This document shows positions 1-9,249 of a stretch of 24,000 nt of DNA, in pieces. The translations under genes and the position numbers were made by a program. The stretch lies in the NCBI GenBank assembly GCA_964563755.1, contig CAZLYC010000009.1:42624-66623 (forward strand), written 5' to 3'. Below the pieces are notes generated by a model. It saw only the letters and a program-made list of their open reading frames with translations. It made no database searches and was not told where the DNA came from. The stretch comes from an uncultured Methanosarcinales archaeon (GTDB lineage Archaea > Nanobdellota > Nanobdellia > Woesearchaeales > UBA11576). Numbering within the stretch: the first letter of the stretch is position 1; each line of letters opens with the position of its first letter.

Positions 1-536
1 TGAATTGACGTCCTTGTCTCATTTTCTCCGCCAAGAATAGCATCAAGAACAGCATTGTCACCAGTATACTTCCGTTTACCATCCTCTTTTAGTATAGAAA
101 GGTCTGCAGGATGGCTGTTAATCATCCTGTCACTGAACTCAGAAAGCAGTGGAGAATATAACCTCAGCATGTATCCAGCAAGAGCGACCAAATCAATGCT
201 GAAATTATGCTTATCAGACGCATCAAGCAACAGATCCCTGCTTCTCTCGTCGAACTCTTTTCTCATATCCTTATCCTTACGCTCTTTTTTGTTTTCGTAA
301 TCCATTCCCTTTTCTTTCATGAAATCATCAAGATGGTTGTACACGACAGGAATATTCTCCCTGATTCCAATCTTATGCGCCCTAGAATAACGATTGTCAG
401 TAAAGAGCGCGACAACCCTGAAAAAATGGATGCCTGTCAACTTCTGACGTTCAATCAAAGCATCTATAGTGCTGCAGCTGCCAGAACCGAAAGCCACAAC
501 CTGCATCGGCAGCTCACCATTGAAAATCTTCTTCAT
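1..536 (-). CDS. purN: Formyltransferase-like protein (phosphoribosylglycinamide formyltransferase, PurN-like), C-terminus beyond window edge
   Basis: Manual minus-strand translation from ATG at 536..534: MKKIFNGELPMQVVAFGSGSCSTIDALIERQKLTGIHFFRVVALFTDNR...SIDLVALAGYMLRLYSPLLSEFSDRMINSHPADLS...YTGDNAVLDAILGGENETRTSI. It has a formyltransferase-like N-x-HPA(D)L region and overlaps the purD stop (TGATG). The ORF is open at the window edge, so it is absent from the ORF track. Confidence 0.8.
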   Translation of the reverse strand, partial: MKKIFNGELPMQVVAFGSGSCSTIDALIERQKLTGIHFFRVVALFTDNRYSRAHKIGIRENIPVVYNHLDDFMKEKGMDYENKKERKDKDMRKEFDERSRDLLLDASDKHNFSIDLVALAGYMLRLYSPLLSEFSDRMINSHPADLSILKEDGKRKYTGDNAVLDAILGGENETRTSI

Positions 537-1840
537 CAAAGCACCCTGTAACCTATATCATTACGGAAAGATTTATTCTTGAAATAGACATGCTTCTCAG
601 CCTCGTAAGCACGGTCTATCGCATCTTTGTGACTCTTATCGCTTACCGACGTAACTCCCATTATCCGTCCACCGTCAGTCACCAGTCTGCTACCAATAAG
701 CTTAGTTCCCGCATGAAACAACACGACATCCTTCATGCTTTTCAGCTTGCGGCCAAAAGAAATCTCCTCACCTTTACTTTTGCCAGAAGGGTAAGAACCC
801 TCAACAAGGACAACACAGCAAGAATACGCGTCCTTGAGCTTAAAATCAGACTCACTAAGCCTTCCACTCAAACAATCATTGAACAACTTATACGGGTCCG
901 CGTCCACAAGAGGCACGATAGCCTGCGTCTCAGGGTCACCAAACCTGCAGTTGTATTCTATAAGATAAGGCCTGCCATCCTGCATCATGACAGCAAAATA
1001 CAGCACTCCCTTGTAATCAAGACTCTCTTTCTTCATACCCTCAATCGTAGGCACAATAATCTCATCAGTTATCCTCTTCTCAAGAACAGCATCGACAAGT
1101 CTCGTCGGAGCATAAGCACCCATGCCTCCAGTATTAGGACCAGTATCCTTCTCATAACGCCTCTTATGATCCTGAGAATGGGAAAACAGCCTGTAAGAAT
1201 TACCGTCTGTAACAGCAATGATTGACGCTTCCTCACCAGAAAGACGCTCCTCAAGAAGCAGCTTCTTACCAGCATTGCCGAAGTTCTCCACTGAATCAAT
1301 AGCCGCCAATGTCTCCTTGATATTATCATTAACAATAACGCCTTTTCCGCCGCAGATGCCGTCAGCCTTCACGACAAGAAGCGGCTTCCTGCCATCAGCA
1401 GTAGACCTCTCAAGATAACTCTTCGCAGCACGAATATTCGACTCAACATTCTCATTCTCAAAAGGAGCAAAATCAGGAACAGGAATATTATGCCTCTTGG
1501 CAAACTTACGTGCAAAAATCTTGCTGCCCTCAAGCTCAGCACAACTCTTCGACGGACAAAAAAGCCTTACACCTTTATCCAAAAATTCCCTTTCCCTCCA
1601 ATAATCAGCCAACCCATCAACAATCTGCCTTTCAGGACCGACAACAACAAGGCTTGCGTAATTCTTCACTGCCTCATGCGCGACAGCGTCAAAATCATCG
1701 ATGTCAATATCGATATTCTTCCCAATAGACGCAGTGCCTCCATTACCCGGAGCAGCCAAGACCTCGTGATTGTACTGCTTAAACCACCATGCCAACGCGT
1801 GTTCACGTCCACCATTGCCTAAAATCATCACTTTAGCCAT
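536..1840 (-). CDS. purD: Phosphoribosylamine-glycine ligase
   Basis: 434 aa with MILGNGGREHALAW, ADGICGGKGVIV, GPNTGGMGAYAP and YNCRFGDPETQ motifs of PurD. Confidence 0.97.
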   Translation of the reverse strand: MAKVMILGNGGREHALAWWFKQYNHEVLAAPGNGGTASIGKNIDIDIDDFDAVAHEAVKNYASLVVVGPERQIVDGLADYWREREFLDKGVRLFCPSKSCAELEGSKIFARKFAKRHNIPVPDFAPFENENVESNIRAAKSYLERSTADGRKPLLVVKADGICGGKGVIVNDNIKETLAAIDSVENFGNAGKKLLLEERLSGEEASIIAVTDGNSYRLFSHSQDHKRRYEKDTGPNTGGMGAYAPTRLVDAVLEKRITDEIIVPTIEGMKKESLDYKGVLYFAVMMQDGRPYLIEYNCRFGDPETQAIVPLVDADPYKLFNDCLSGRLSESDFKLKDAYSCCVVLVEGSYPSGKSKGEEISFGRKLKSMKDVVLFHAGTKLIGSRLVTDGGRIMGVTSVSDKSHKDAIDRAYEAEKHVYFKNKSFRNDIGYRVL

Positions 1841-1864
1841 TTTTTTTCTTCTCTTTCTTCCTCC

Positions 1865-2635
1865 TTACCTGAAATAATCAACAGCATTATTGAAAATCAT
1901 CATGCAGTCTGTCTCGTCGGGAAGCTCCCTCTCATCCCTTGATGCAATCTCCCTCTTCAACGTGTACAGAGCATCCTGCACAGACAAAATCGACCTTTCC
2001 GGATGCGGCATGAGGCCAAAAAACCTGCCAGTCGGGTCACAGATGCCAGCAATATCCTCAACAGACCCATTAGGATTATCATCATACCTCAAAACAACCT
2101 GACTATTCTCGTTCAGACGCGAAAGAACATCATCATTCGCGTAAAAACGTCCTTCACCATGAGCAATAGGCATGAAAAGCCTCTTGATACCTTTTGTCCA
2201 GACGCAATTGTTACCCTCAACAACACTAATATCCGTCCACAAATCCCTGTAACGTGCAGAACTATTGAAAGTCAGAGCAGAATCAGCACGACCATACCTG
2301 CCAATATCCGAAGGGAAAAAACCAAGCTGAGACATAATCTGAAAACCATTGCAGATACCGATAGACAAAGTATCCCGCTCAATGAAACGGGTAAGAGCAT
2401 CGCTTAATCTGTCGCGCGCATAGTTTGCGTAAGCAAGACCAGAGCCAGTATCGTCTCCCATGCTAAAACCGCCAGGCCAGACAAGAATCCTGCAGTCATC
2501 AAGCACTTTTACATCTGACACTACATCATTTATATGCATAATCTTCGGACTAGAACCAGCACGCTCGAAAGCATAAGCTGTCTCCTTCTCACAATTGATT
2601 CCATAACCGCTAAGTATCAAAGTTTTGGGCCCCAT
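1865..2635 (-). CDS. purQ: Phosphoribosylformylglycinamidine synthase, glutaminase subunit
   Basis: 256 aa class I glutamine amidotransferase: WPGGFSMGDDTGSG, catalytic GICNGFQIM, and GLMPHPERS. Confidence 0.96.
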   Translation of the reverse strand: MGPKTLILSGYGINCEKETAYAFERAGSSPKIMHINDVVSDVKVLDDCRILVWPGGFSMGDDTGSGLAYANYARDRLSDALTRFIERDTLSIGICNGFQIMSQLGFFPSDIGRYGRADSALTFNSSARYRDLWTDISVVEGNNCVWTKGIKRLFMPIAHGEGRFYANDDVLSRLNENSQVVLRYDDNPNGSVEDIAGICDPTGRFFGLMPHPERSILSVQDALYTLKREIASRDERELPDETDCMMIFNNAVDYFR

Positions 2636-5600
2636 TCAATAACCTCGCAACCTCTTCTTGTAATTTTCAGCGAGATTAGCCACTCTCGCATCAATCACCT
2701 TCTCATCCTTGCCAAGGAAAACCCTAAAATCCCTGTCATCGGTCACTTTCCCTACATAGCAGAACGGAACATCGTAGAGCATGCTCTCAAAATCATCACA
2801 CTTACGCGGGTCAACAGTCACAACAAACCTGCCCTGCGACTCACTGAACAAAATCTCATCAGCATACTCAGTCCCGACAACAGACTTCTGCGCAATCAAG
2901 TTATCAAGGTCCAATTCCATCCCAAGACCACCGCCAATAGCAGTCTTTGCAAGCGCAACACCCAATCCACCTGACGAAACACTGCAGCACGATGCGACAA
3001 GACCTCTTTCGATGGCACGCTCCATAGCCTTGTATGTGTCAAGGAAGCTATCTGGAACAACTTCAGGGACAGAATGCCCTAGGAAACCGGCACCATCAAT
3101 CTTCTCGCCGACCATATCATAATACTCAGAACCGCCAAGATCAGGATAAGTGATGCCTACAACATAGACAATATCACCTGCGCACTTAGCATCCAAGGTC
3201 TGGCACTTACGGACATCATCAACAATGCTCAAGCCAGAAACAAGCAGCGTCGGAAGAGCATCAATGACTATCTTATTCCCATTCTCATCAAAACCCTTGA
3301 AAGTATTGAACATGCTGTCCTTCCCAGAGATGAAAGGAGCAAGATAAGCTGTCGACAGATCATAACACGCCTTGACAGCACGCTTAAGCTGACCGAGCCG
3401 CTCAGGCTCATCAGAAGAACACCAGCAGAAATTGTCAAGCAACGCAATCCTGTCAAGCCTGCCGCCGACCGCAATAAGATTCCTGACAACAGTATCAATC
3501 GCGCACGCAGCCATGTTATATGTATCAATCAAGCCGTACCTCGGATACAAAGACTGCGTGGCAGCAACCCCCTTCCATGACTCCAGGACAGGCCTGTTAA
3601 CAGTAGCATCAGAATCAACCTTGCCTTTTCCGACCAGGGGCTTAACAACAGAACCCCCTTGAACTTCATGGTCGAACTGCTCAAAAACAAACTCTTTGCT
3701 GCAGATATTAAGACGAGAAAGCATATCTTCCAGACTGCCTGTGAGGTCATCAGGCTCATCAAAATCAGGCTCAACAGCACCATAACTATCCTGTTCATAA
3801 TCAGATTCAAGAACCCTTTGAGGAAGACCATCATGCAGGAAATTGATATCGATATCAAGCACATTCTTACCATTGAAATTCGCCCTGCACCTGCCTGAAT
3901 CATCAAAACGACCAATAACAGTCGCTTCAACATCATGCTTCCTCATGATATCCATGAATCCAGAAATATTATCTTCAGGGATAGCGAGAGTCATCCTCTC
4001 CTGCGATTCAGAAATCAATATCTGGTCAGGCCGCATACCATGATACTTCAGAGGCACTTTGTCAAGCTCAATAGTCGCGCCACCGCACTCACGAGCCATC
4101 TCATAGACAGAACAAGACAAGCCACCAGCACCATTATCAGTAATAGAATCATACAGCTTCAAATCCCTGACCTCTTTTAGCAGCGCATCGCTCATCTTCT
4201 TCTGCGTAATTGGGTCACCAATCTGCACAGCGCTGTTTGGAGAACCAGAATCCATAGATTCAGACGAGAAAGTTGCGCCATGGATACCGTCTAGACCCAC
4301 ACGGCCGCCGACCATCACGACCAAATCACCAGGCCTTGCCTTCTTCTCATAAATCCTGTCCCCTTCCTTCTCAAGAGGGATAAGACCCTGCACACCGACA
4401 AAAACAAGAGGCTTGCCGCCATAACTATCATGGAAAAAAGCACCACCCTGAGATGTAGGGATGCCTGACTTGTTCCCGCCATCCTTCACCCCAGAGACAA
4501 CGCCATCCATGATGCTCCTGGGACTAAGAATCCTCCCTTCAAGCGTACCATCCAATCTTTTATCCCTGAAAAGCTTCCTCTTGCTCTTAGGATCAGCAAA
4601 GCAGAAATAAAATCTGTGATTAAATGGAATCGCGCCCATGCCAGCACCAATAGCATCACGGTCAACACCGACGATACCAGTGATTGCGCCGCCATAAGGG
4701 TCAAGAGCTGACGGAGAATTATGCGTCTCAACCTTCTCAGTTATCGCCCAGTACTTATCGAACTTTATTATGCCAGAATTATCACTAAAAACAGAAAGAA
4801 GGAAATCTTCCTTGCCAAGAGCCTTCCATCGTCTCCTGATTTCCTCAGTCGCGCCCCTTATGTACTTCTTGAAAAGACCTTCCTTGATATCATCATCTAA
4901 AGCCGCGGCAAAAATAGTATGCTTGCAATGCTCAGACCAGGTCTGCGCGAGGCACTCAAGCTCTACATCAGTAGGGTCCCTGCCGACCTTGTTGAAATAA
5001 TCCACAATCACCCTCATCGGAGCAGCATCGTCGATATCCAAAGCAAGAGGACCACGATGACAACCAGTCATAGGGTCAATTATCCCCTTCTTCGCAATCA
5101 ACCTGAGCTCATCTTGGTCCATAATTCTTATCGGAACAACAATGGAACCCTGTTCACAACCAAGAACAACCTTAGGAACATACGCTTCAAGCATGCTTCT
5201 CTTGAAATCATGCGCTGAAGTGCAGACTATATTCTGTATAAGAGGATTCGCAAGCATCTCACCGATATCCCTGCACAGCTTCTCATCAACCTCACCCTTA
5301 ATTATCAGAAGCTCTGACGAATGCACGCCTTCATTATCAGCAAAAGGCTCATTGAGCTTTGCTTCAATGCCTTTCCTCACAGTATTGCCGACATTATCAG
5401 TGACACCTGGCTTAAAACCAATCTCCAACACATAATCAGCATCGCCGATATCAAAACAATTATCCAATCTCGCTTCCTGGACAACATTATTATGAAGCAT
5501 GCCTATTATGTGGACCAGTTCACCAATAGAGAACTCCTTATTTATCGAATAAGAATCAATGACATCTATTCTATCTATCTTCGCCTGCCTCAAAGCGCCC

Positions 5601-5695
5601 TCTTCCATAAGGCAACGGACCTTATCAGCGACGACCTTGCCTCTTGAATCAATACTCCCTTTGTATTTTACATCAATCCTTGCCATAACACTCAA
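2636..5695 (-). CDS. purL: Phosphoribosylformylglycinamidine synthase with fused N-terminal PurS-like region and PurL synthetase
   Basis: 1019 aa with PTDVELECLAQTWSEHCKH, VETHNSPSALDPYGGAITG, DNGAGGLSCSVYEM and SESQERM motifs. The N-terminal ~220 aa includes PurS-like ADYVLEIGFKPGVTDNVGNTVRKGIEAKL. The start overlaps the purM stop (ATGA). Confidence 0.95.
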   Translation of the reverse strand: MSVMARIDVKYKGSIDSRGKVVADKVRCLMEEGALRQAKIDRIDVIDSYSINKEFSIGELVHIIGMLHNNVVQEARLDNCFDIGDADYVLEIGFKPGVTDNVGNTVRKGIEAKLNEPFADNEGVHSSELLIIKGEVDEKLCRDIGEMLANPLIQNIVCTSAHDFKRSMLEAYVPKVVLGCEQGSIVVPIRIMDQDELRLIAKKGIIDPMTGCHRGPLALDIDDAAPMRVIVDYFNKVGRDPTDVELECLAQTWSEHCKHTIFAAALDDDIKEGLFKKYIRGATEEIRRRWKALGKEDFLLSVFSDNSGIIKFDKYWAITEKVETHNSPSALDPYGGAITGIVGVDRDAIGAGMGAIPFNHRFYFCFADPKSKRKLFRDKRLDGTLEGRILSPRSIMDGVVSGVKDGGNKSGIPTSQGGAFFHDSYGGKPLVFVGVQGLIPLEKEGDRIYEKKARPGDLVVMVGGRVGLDGIHGATFSSESMDSGSPNSAVQIGDPITQKKMSDALLKEVRDLKLYDSITDNGAGGLSCSVYEMARECGGATIELDKVPLKYHGMRPDQILISESQERMTLAIPEDNISGFMDIMRKHDVEATVIGRFDDSGRCRANFNGKNVLDIDINFLHDGLPQRVLESDYEQDSYGAVEPDFDEPDDLTGSLEDMLSRLNICSKEFVFEQFDHEVQGGSVVKPLVGKGKVDSDATVNRPVLESWKGVAATQSLYPRYGLIDTYNMAACAIDTVVRNLIAVGGRLDRIALLDNFCWCSSDEPERLGQLKRAVKACYDLSTAYLAPFISGKDSMFNTFKGFDENGNKIVIDALPTLLVSGLSIVDDVRKCQTLDAKCAGDIVYVVGITYPDLGGSEYYDMVGEKIDGAGFLGHSVPEVVPDSFLDTYKAMERAIERGLVASCCSVSSGGLGVALAKTAIGGGLGMELDLDNLIAQKSVVGTEYADEILFSESQGRFVVTVDPRKCDDFESMLYDVPFCYVGKVTDDRDFRVFLGKDEKVIDARVANLAENYKKRLRGY

Positions 5696-6831
5696 CCGTA
5701 TCCCTCAAAAGAGTAATCCCCATCAGGAGCATAATCTTTTCCCCTAAGGTTAAGCAGGACGCTTGGCCCGTCAGCTTTTCCCTCGACAACCTTGCCGACA
5801 ATCTTCGCATCATGCCCTTCCTCATTCGCGATAGTGCATGCCACACGCGCCTCTTCCATATCCTCAACTATGACTGCAAAGCCCATGCCCATATTCATCT
5901 TGGTCCAGGCATGCTCAACATCGTACTTGCCTTCATTCATAACAAGACGATGTATCGGAAGAGGGTCCATAGGGTCATCAATCAGATACACGATGCCTTT
6001 CCCGAACCTGTTGAAATTCTTAAGACCATAACCGGTTATGTTCACACCGTACGTGGAGCAGGTTATTCCGCAGATTCTCGACATAGTCTTAAGATAGAGC
6101 TTTGTAGGAGCAAGCAACGCATCCCCGACAGTAGTCTTAGTGCCTTCTATCAAGTCATCAAGCCTGAACTTCCCTGTGTAGAGCTCCTTATACTCATCTC
6201 TTTGCTCAACAACCTTGTCAAGCAGCACGTGCCTCGCGAAAGTATACCCGTTGCTGTGCAGCCCGGACGAACCAATGCCGACGATGATATCACCTGGCTC
6301 CGGAGCAAAAGAAGGAAGATGCTTCTTCTCAATAAAAGCAGTGACGGTCGCTGCGATATCATAGCCATAACCCGGAACAGGGCCTGTCACCATCTCCTCG
6401 ACGCTTGCAGTCTCATGCTTGCCGTAATTTATGTTCCACTTGGAGCTCTTAATCACGCACTGCTTCAACGCAGAATCAATGCCCCTGACAATATCACCCA
6501 TCTTTTCCTCTTCAACCTTCTGCTGCACCGCAAAATAGACGTTCATCACGTCAGGAATCACCTGGCCAAAAGTCGCCAAGTCATTAATGTTCATAGCAAC
6601 AAGGTCAAAACCTACAGTATCATACCTATCCATCAACTGGCTCAAGAAAAGCTTTGTGCCGACGCCATCATTCGCAAGAAGCATGTAATGATTCGGATAG
6701 ACAGCATCATTCTGCCTGATTTCAGCAAAAAGACCGCCCTTTCCAGTCCTTCTTGAAAGGAACTCTCTGCTCATAGCATTCTTACCAGCAGAAACAGCTT
6801 TTGCCTCTATCTTTTCATAATCATCTGACAT
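5692..6831 (-). CDS. purM: Phosphoribosylformylglycinamidine cyclo-ligase
   Basis: 379 aa with NHYMLLANDGVGTKL, DLVAMNINDLATFG, GIGSSGLHSNGYT, and operon context after purL. Confidence 0.93.
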   Translation of the reverse strand: MSDDYEKIEAKAVSAGKNAMSREFLSRRTGKGGLFAEIRQNDAVYPNHYMLLANDGVGTKLFLSQLMDRYDTVGFDLVAMNINDLATFGQVIPDVMNVYFAVQQKVEEEKMGDIVRGIDSALKQCVIKSSKWNINYGKHETASVEEMVTGPVPGYGYDIAATVTAFIEKKHLPSFAPEPGDIIVGIGSSGLHSNGYTFARHVLLDKVVEQRDEYKELYTGKFRLDDLIEGTKTTVGDALLAPTKLYLKTMSRICGITCSTYGVNITGYGLKNFNRFGKGIVYLIDDPMDPLPIHRLVMNEGKYDVEHAWTKMNMGMGFAVIVEDMEEARVACTIANEEGHDAKIVGKVVEGKADGPSVLLNLRGKDYAPDGDYSFEGYG

Positions 6832-6937
6832 GAACTACACCTCTGACATGATATCCTGACGAAAAACAAGACAACGGTATGCATGAGAACGAGTTTAAAA
6901 CAGTGATTGCCTCTATTTTTAAGGCCATCCTCCACCC

Positions 6938-6956
6938 GCGCCCTAAAATCCGGCGC
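6938..6956 (-). promoter_or_regulatory. Short GC-rich hairpin in the leader between purA-HAD and purM, downstream of a minus-strand TATA-like element (about 6977-6988)
   Basis: GCGCC/GGCGC 5-bp stem with 9-nt loop; minus-strand CTTTTTATATAG lies upstream of it and CCTTAAAAATAG downstream. Confidence 0.35.
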
Positions 6957-7017
6957 TTAACTTCCCACGCCCAACTCTATATAAAAAGATTTGTAGTCCT
7001 AACACTGTAATAAAAAA

Positions 7018-9219
7018 TCAGGACACTATCTCACTCAACAATTCCAGGTCAGGCAGCATCTTTTCCTTACTAAGTCCTGCTGCCTCGAAATCCTTCTTTG
7101 TCGTCGAACCAGTAAGCACGGCAGCAAAATCAAGCCCTGCTGCTTTTGATGCTAAAAAATCATCAGTGTGGTCACCGACACTCAAGATCTCTTCCTTCCT
7201 TATGCCTCTAGATTCAAGAGTCAACAATGCTGTCTTGAACGCTTCAGGACTTGGCTTCCTCTGTTCCTTACTGTCAGGAGAGAAGATGAAATAATTCTCA
7301 GGATAACCTGCCTGCTTAAGTCTCTCCTGCGCCATATTGCTCCTGTTAGTGACTATCATCTGCACAACTCCCTTGTTCTCTAGAGTCTTGAATGTCGCAA
7401 TCCCATTAGGAGTCGCGCTGTAGCCGATATTCTTCGCAGCTTCCCTGTACTTGCTAAGTATGAGCTTTGCCAAAGGCTCGCTGCCAAGATAATTATCAGG
7501 AGTGGGGAACAGCAAGTCAAACATCTCCTCAAAAGGCAGATTCTTCTTCTGCACCTCAATTATCTCAGCGTCTGACGGAACCCTGAAACGTATGAAACGA
7601 GCGACAAGCTCAGCAGTCCTCTTCAAGAGCAGCCTGACATACGCATCAGTCGCAAGAAGAGTATTATCCAAATCATAAATCACAGCACGATACTTCCTGT
7701 TCTGCTGTCTTTTCTCAACAAACACCTTTTTTTCAGGAACAACCGCGACTGTCTTGGCCTGATGACTGTCATCCATATTCCACAATCCAGGAACTTTTAT
7801 CGTCTGGTCACGCTCAGGACCTACACTGACAAGCGCAATCTCAACATTACCAAGCTTCTCAATGAGTTTTAGATAATCCCTGCAACTATTAGGGAGCTCA
7901 TCAAGATCCTTCATCATGGTGATATCTTCAGACCAACCATCAACCTCAATCCAGTCATGAGGCACACAGTGCTCAAGAACGCTTGAATCATTAGGGAAAT
8001 CACGGATTATCTTACCAGGGAAATACAGCTCACCATTGAATAATCTCTTTTGGCCATTATACATGTACGAATCGCATATCTTTATCTTTTCAATACCTGT
8101 CAGCACGTCAAGTTTAGTGATTATGACACTCTTACCATTTATTTTAGCGGCGTGCCTTGTAAGAACAGCATCATGCCAACCGCATCTTCTGGGTCTTCCT
8201 GTTGTCGCACCATACTCCTGACCCTTCTCCCTTATTTTTTCACCTAATTCACCAAGAAGTTCAGTAGGGAAAGGACCAGAACCTACCCTTGTAACATACG
8301 CCTTCAAAATACTGTATGTCTCATCAATCCTTGAAATCCCAAGACCTGTCTTAAGGCCTCCCACAGAAGGATTTGACGACGTGACAAAAGGATACGTGCC
8401 GTGGTCGATATCGAGCAGCAGCCCTTGAGCGCCCTCAAGAAGAATGCTCTTACCTGAAACAAGCGCATCATTCAAAGCACAGCTGGAATCAATCACATGA
8501 TTCCCTATCCTCTTGCCTATAGAAACATAAATATCTGCAAGCGCTTCACTTATAGACCTGACATCATGCGCGTCACCCATGCCAAGGATGCGCTCACGAT
8601 ACTCATCAAAAATAGAATCCTCAGGAATCGCACTCAAGATATCCTTCATCACCTGCTCTTCTTCTGCCCTGTACAGATAAGTGAACATGCCCAGCTTCTC
8701 ATTGACATTATACTGCAACTTCTCAAGAATTATGCTCCTGTCAAAAAGATCATTAATCCTAATACCAGTACGGTGCTTCTTATCAGCATAAGCAGGACCG
8801 ATACCCCTCTTAGTCGTACCAAGTTCCTTGCCCTTGCCTTTTTCCTTCTCCTGATAGCCATCATGCATTTTATGATAAGGCATAATCACGTGAGCGCCGC
8901 CGGAAATGAACAGCCTATCTGTGCTAAAACCCTTTTCTTTTAAGGTTTTCATCTCTTTTAGAAGAACAAAAAGGTCAATGACCATGCCATTGCCAAGAAT
9001 GCAATCAACATCAGGCCAGGTCATGGCTGAAGGAATCAAGTGAAAAACGTGCTTCTTGCCATTTATGTAGATAGTATGGCCCGCATTATTGCCGCCAGTT
9101 GCTCTCGCGACGACAGAAAAACAGCCACCAGCGTAATCGATAATCTTTCCCTTGCCTTCATCGCCCCACTGACCACCAAGTATCGCAACGACCTTAGGTC
9201 CACTCATTCTCAAAAACAC
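7018..9219 (-). CDS. purA: Adenylosuccinate synthetase fused to C-terminal HAD-family hydrolase
   Basis: 733 aa. N-terminal PurA: GGQWGDEGKGKIIDY, GNNAGHTI, GTTKRGIGPAYADK, VSVGPERDQTI. The C-terminal ~225 aa has complete HAD motifs: YDLDNTLL, IVTNRS, K at RKPSPEAF, SVGDHTDDFLASKAAGL. The likely start is MSGPKVV at about 9207. Confidence 0.95.
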   Translation of the reverse strand: MFLRMSGPKVVAILGGQWGDEGKGKIIDYAGGCFSVVARATGGNNAGHTIYINGKKHVFHLIPSAMTWPDVDCILGNGMVIDLFVLLKEMKTLKEKGFSTDRLFISGGAHVIMPYHKMHDGYQEKEKGKGKELGTTKRGIGPAYADKKHRTGIRINDLFDRSIILEKLQYNVNEKLGMFTYLYRAEEEQVMKDILSAIPEDSIFDEYRERILGMGDAHDVRSISEALADIYVSIGKRIGNHVIDSSCALNDALVSGKSILLEGAQGLLLDIDHGTYPFVTSSNPSVGGLKTGLGISRIDETYSILKAYVTRVGSGPFPTELLGELGEKIREKGQEYGATTGRPRRCGWHDAVLTRHAAKINGKSVIITKLDVLTGIEKIKICDSYMYNGQKRLFNGELYFPGKIIRDFPNDSSVLEHCVPHDWIEVDGWSEDITMMKDLDELPNSCRDYLKLIEKLGNVEIALVSVGPERDQTIKVPGLWNMDDSHQAKTVAVVPEKKVFVEKRQQNRKYRAVIYDLDNTLLATDAYVRLLLKRTAELVARFIRFRVPSDAEIIEVQKKNLPFEEMFDLLFPTPDNYLGSEPLAKLILSKYREAAKNIGYSATPNGIATFKTLENKGVVQMIVTNRSNMAQERLKQAGYPENYFIFSPDSKEQRKPSPEAFKTALLTLESRGIRKEEILSVGDHTDDFLASKAAGLDFAAVLTGSTTKKDFEAAGLSKEKMLPDLELLSEIVS
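7021..7695 (-). other. HAD hydrolase domain fused to PurA C-terminus
   Basis: KYRAVIYDLDNTLLATDAYV...MIVTNRSNMAQERLKQAG...RKPSPEAFKTAL...EEILSVGDHTDDFLASKAAGLDFAAVLTG: HAD motifs I-IV all present. Confidence 0.88.
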
Positions 9220-9249
9220 CCATTTTTTTCTTTTTTTTCAATAATTGAT

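Noticed and set aside
55-551. Plus-strand ORFs 55..300 and 207..551
   Set aside because: Antisense to the edge-truncated purN-like frame on the minus strand, which has convincing formyltransferase similarity.
590-1225. 211-aa plus-strand ORF
   Set aside because: Antisense to conserved purD; composition looks non-coding.
5812-6756. 314-aa plus-strand ORF
   Set aside because: Lies wholly antisense to purM, whose motifs are unambiguous; no recognisable domain in the plus frame.
8497-8943. 148-aa plus-strand ORF
   Set aside because: Antisense to the conserved PurA region.
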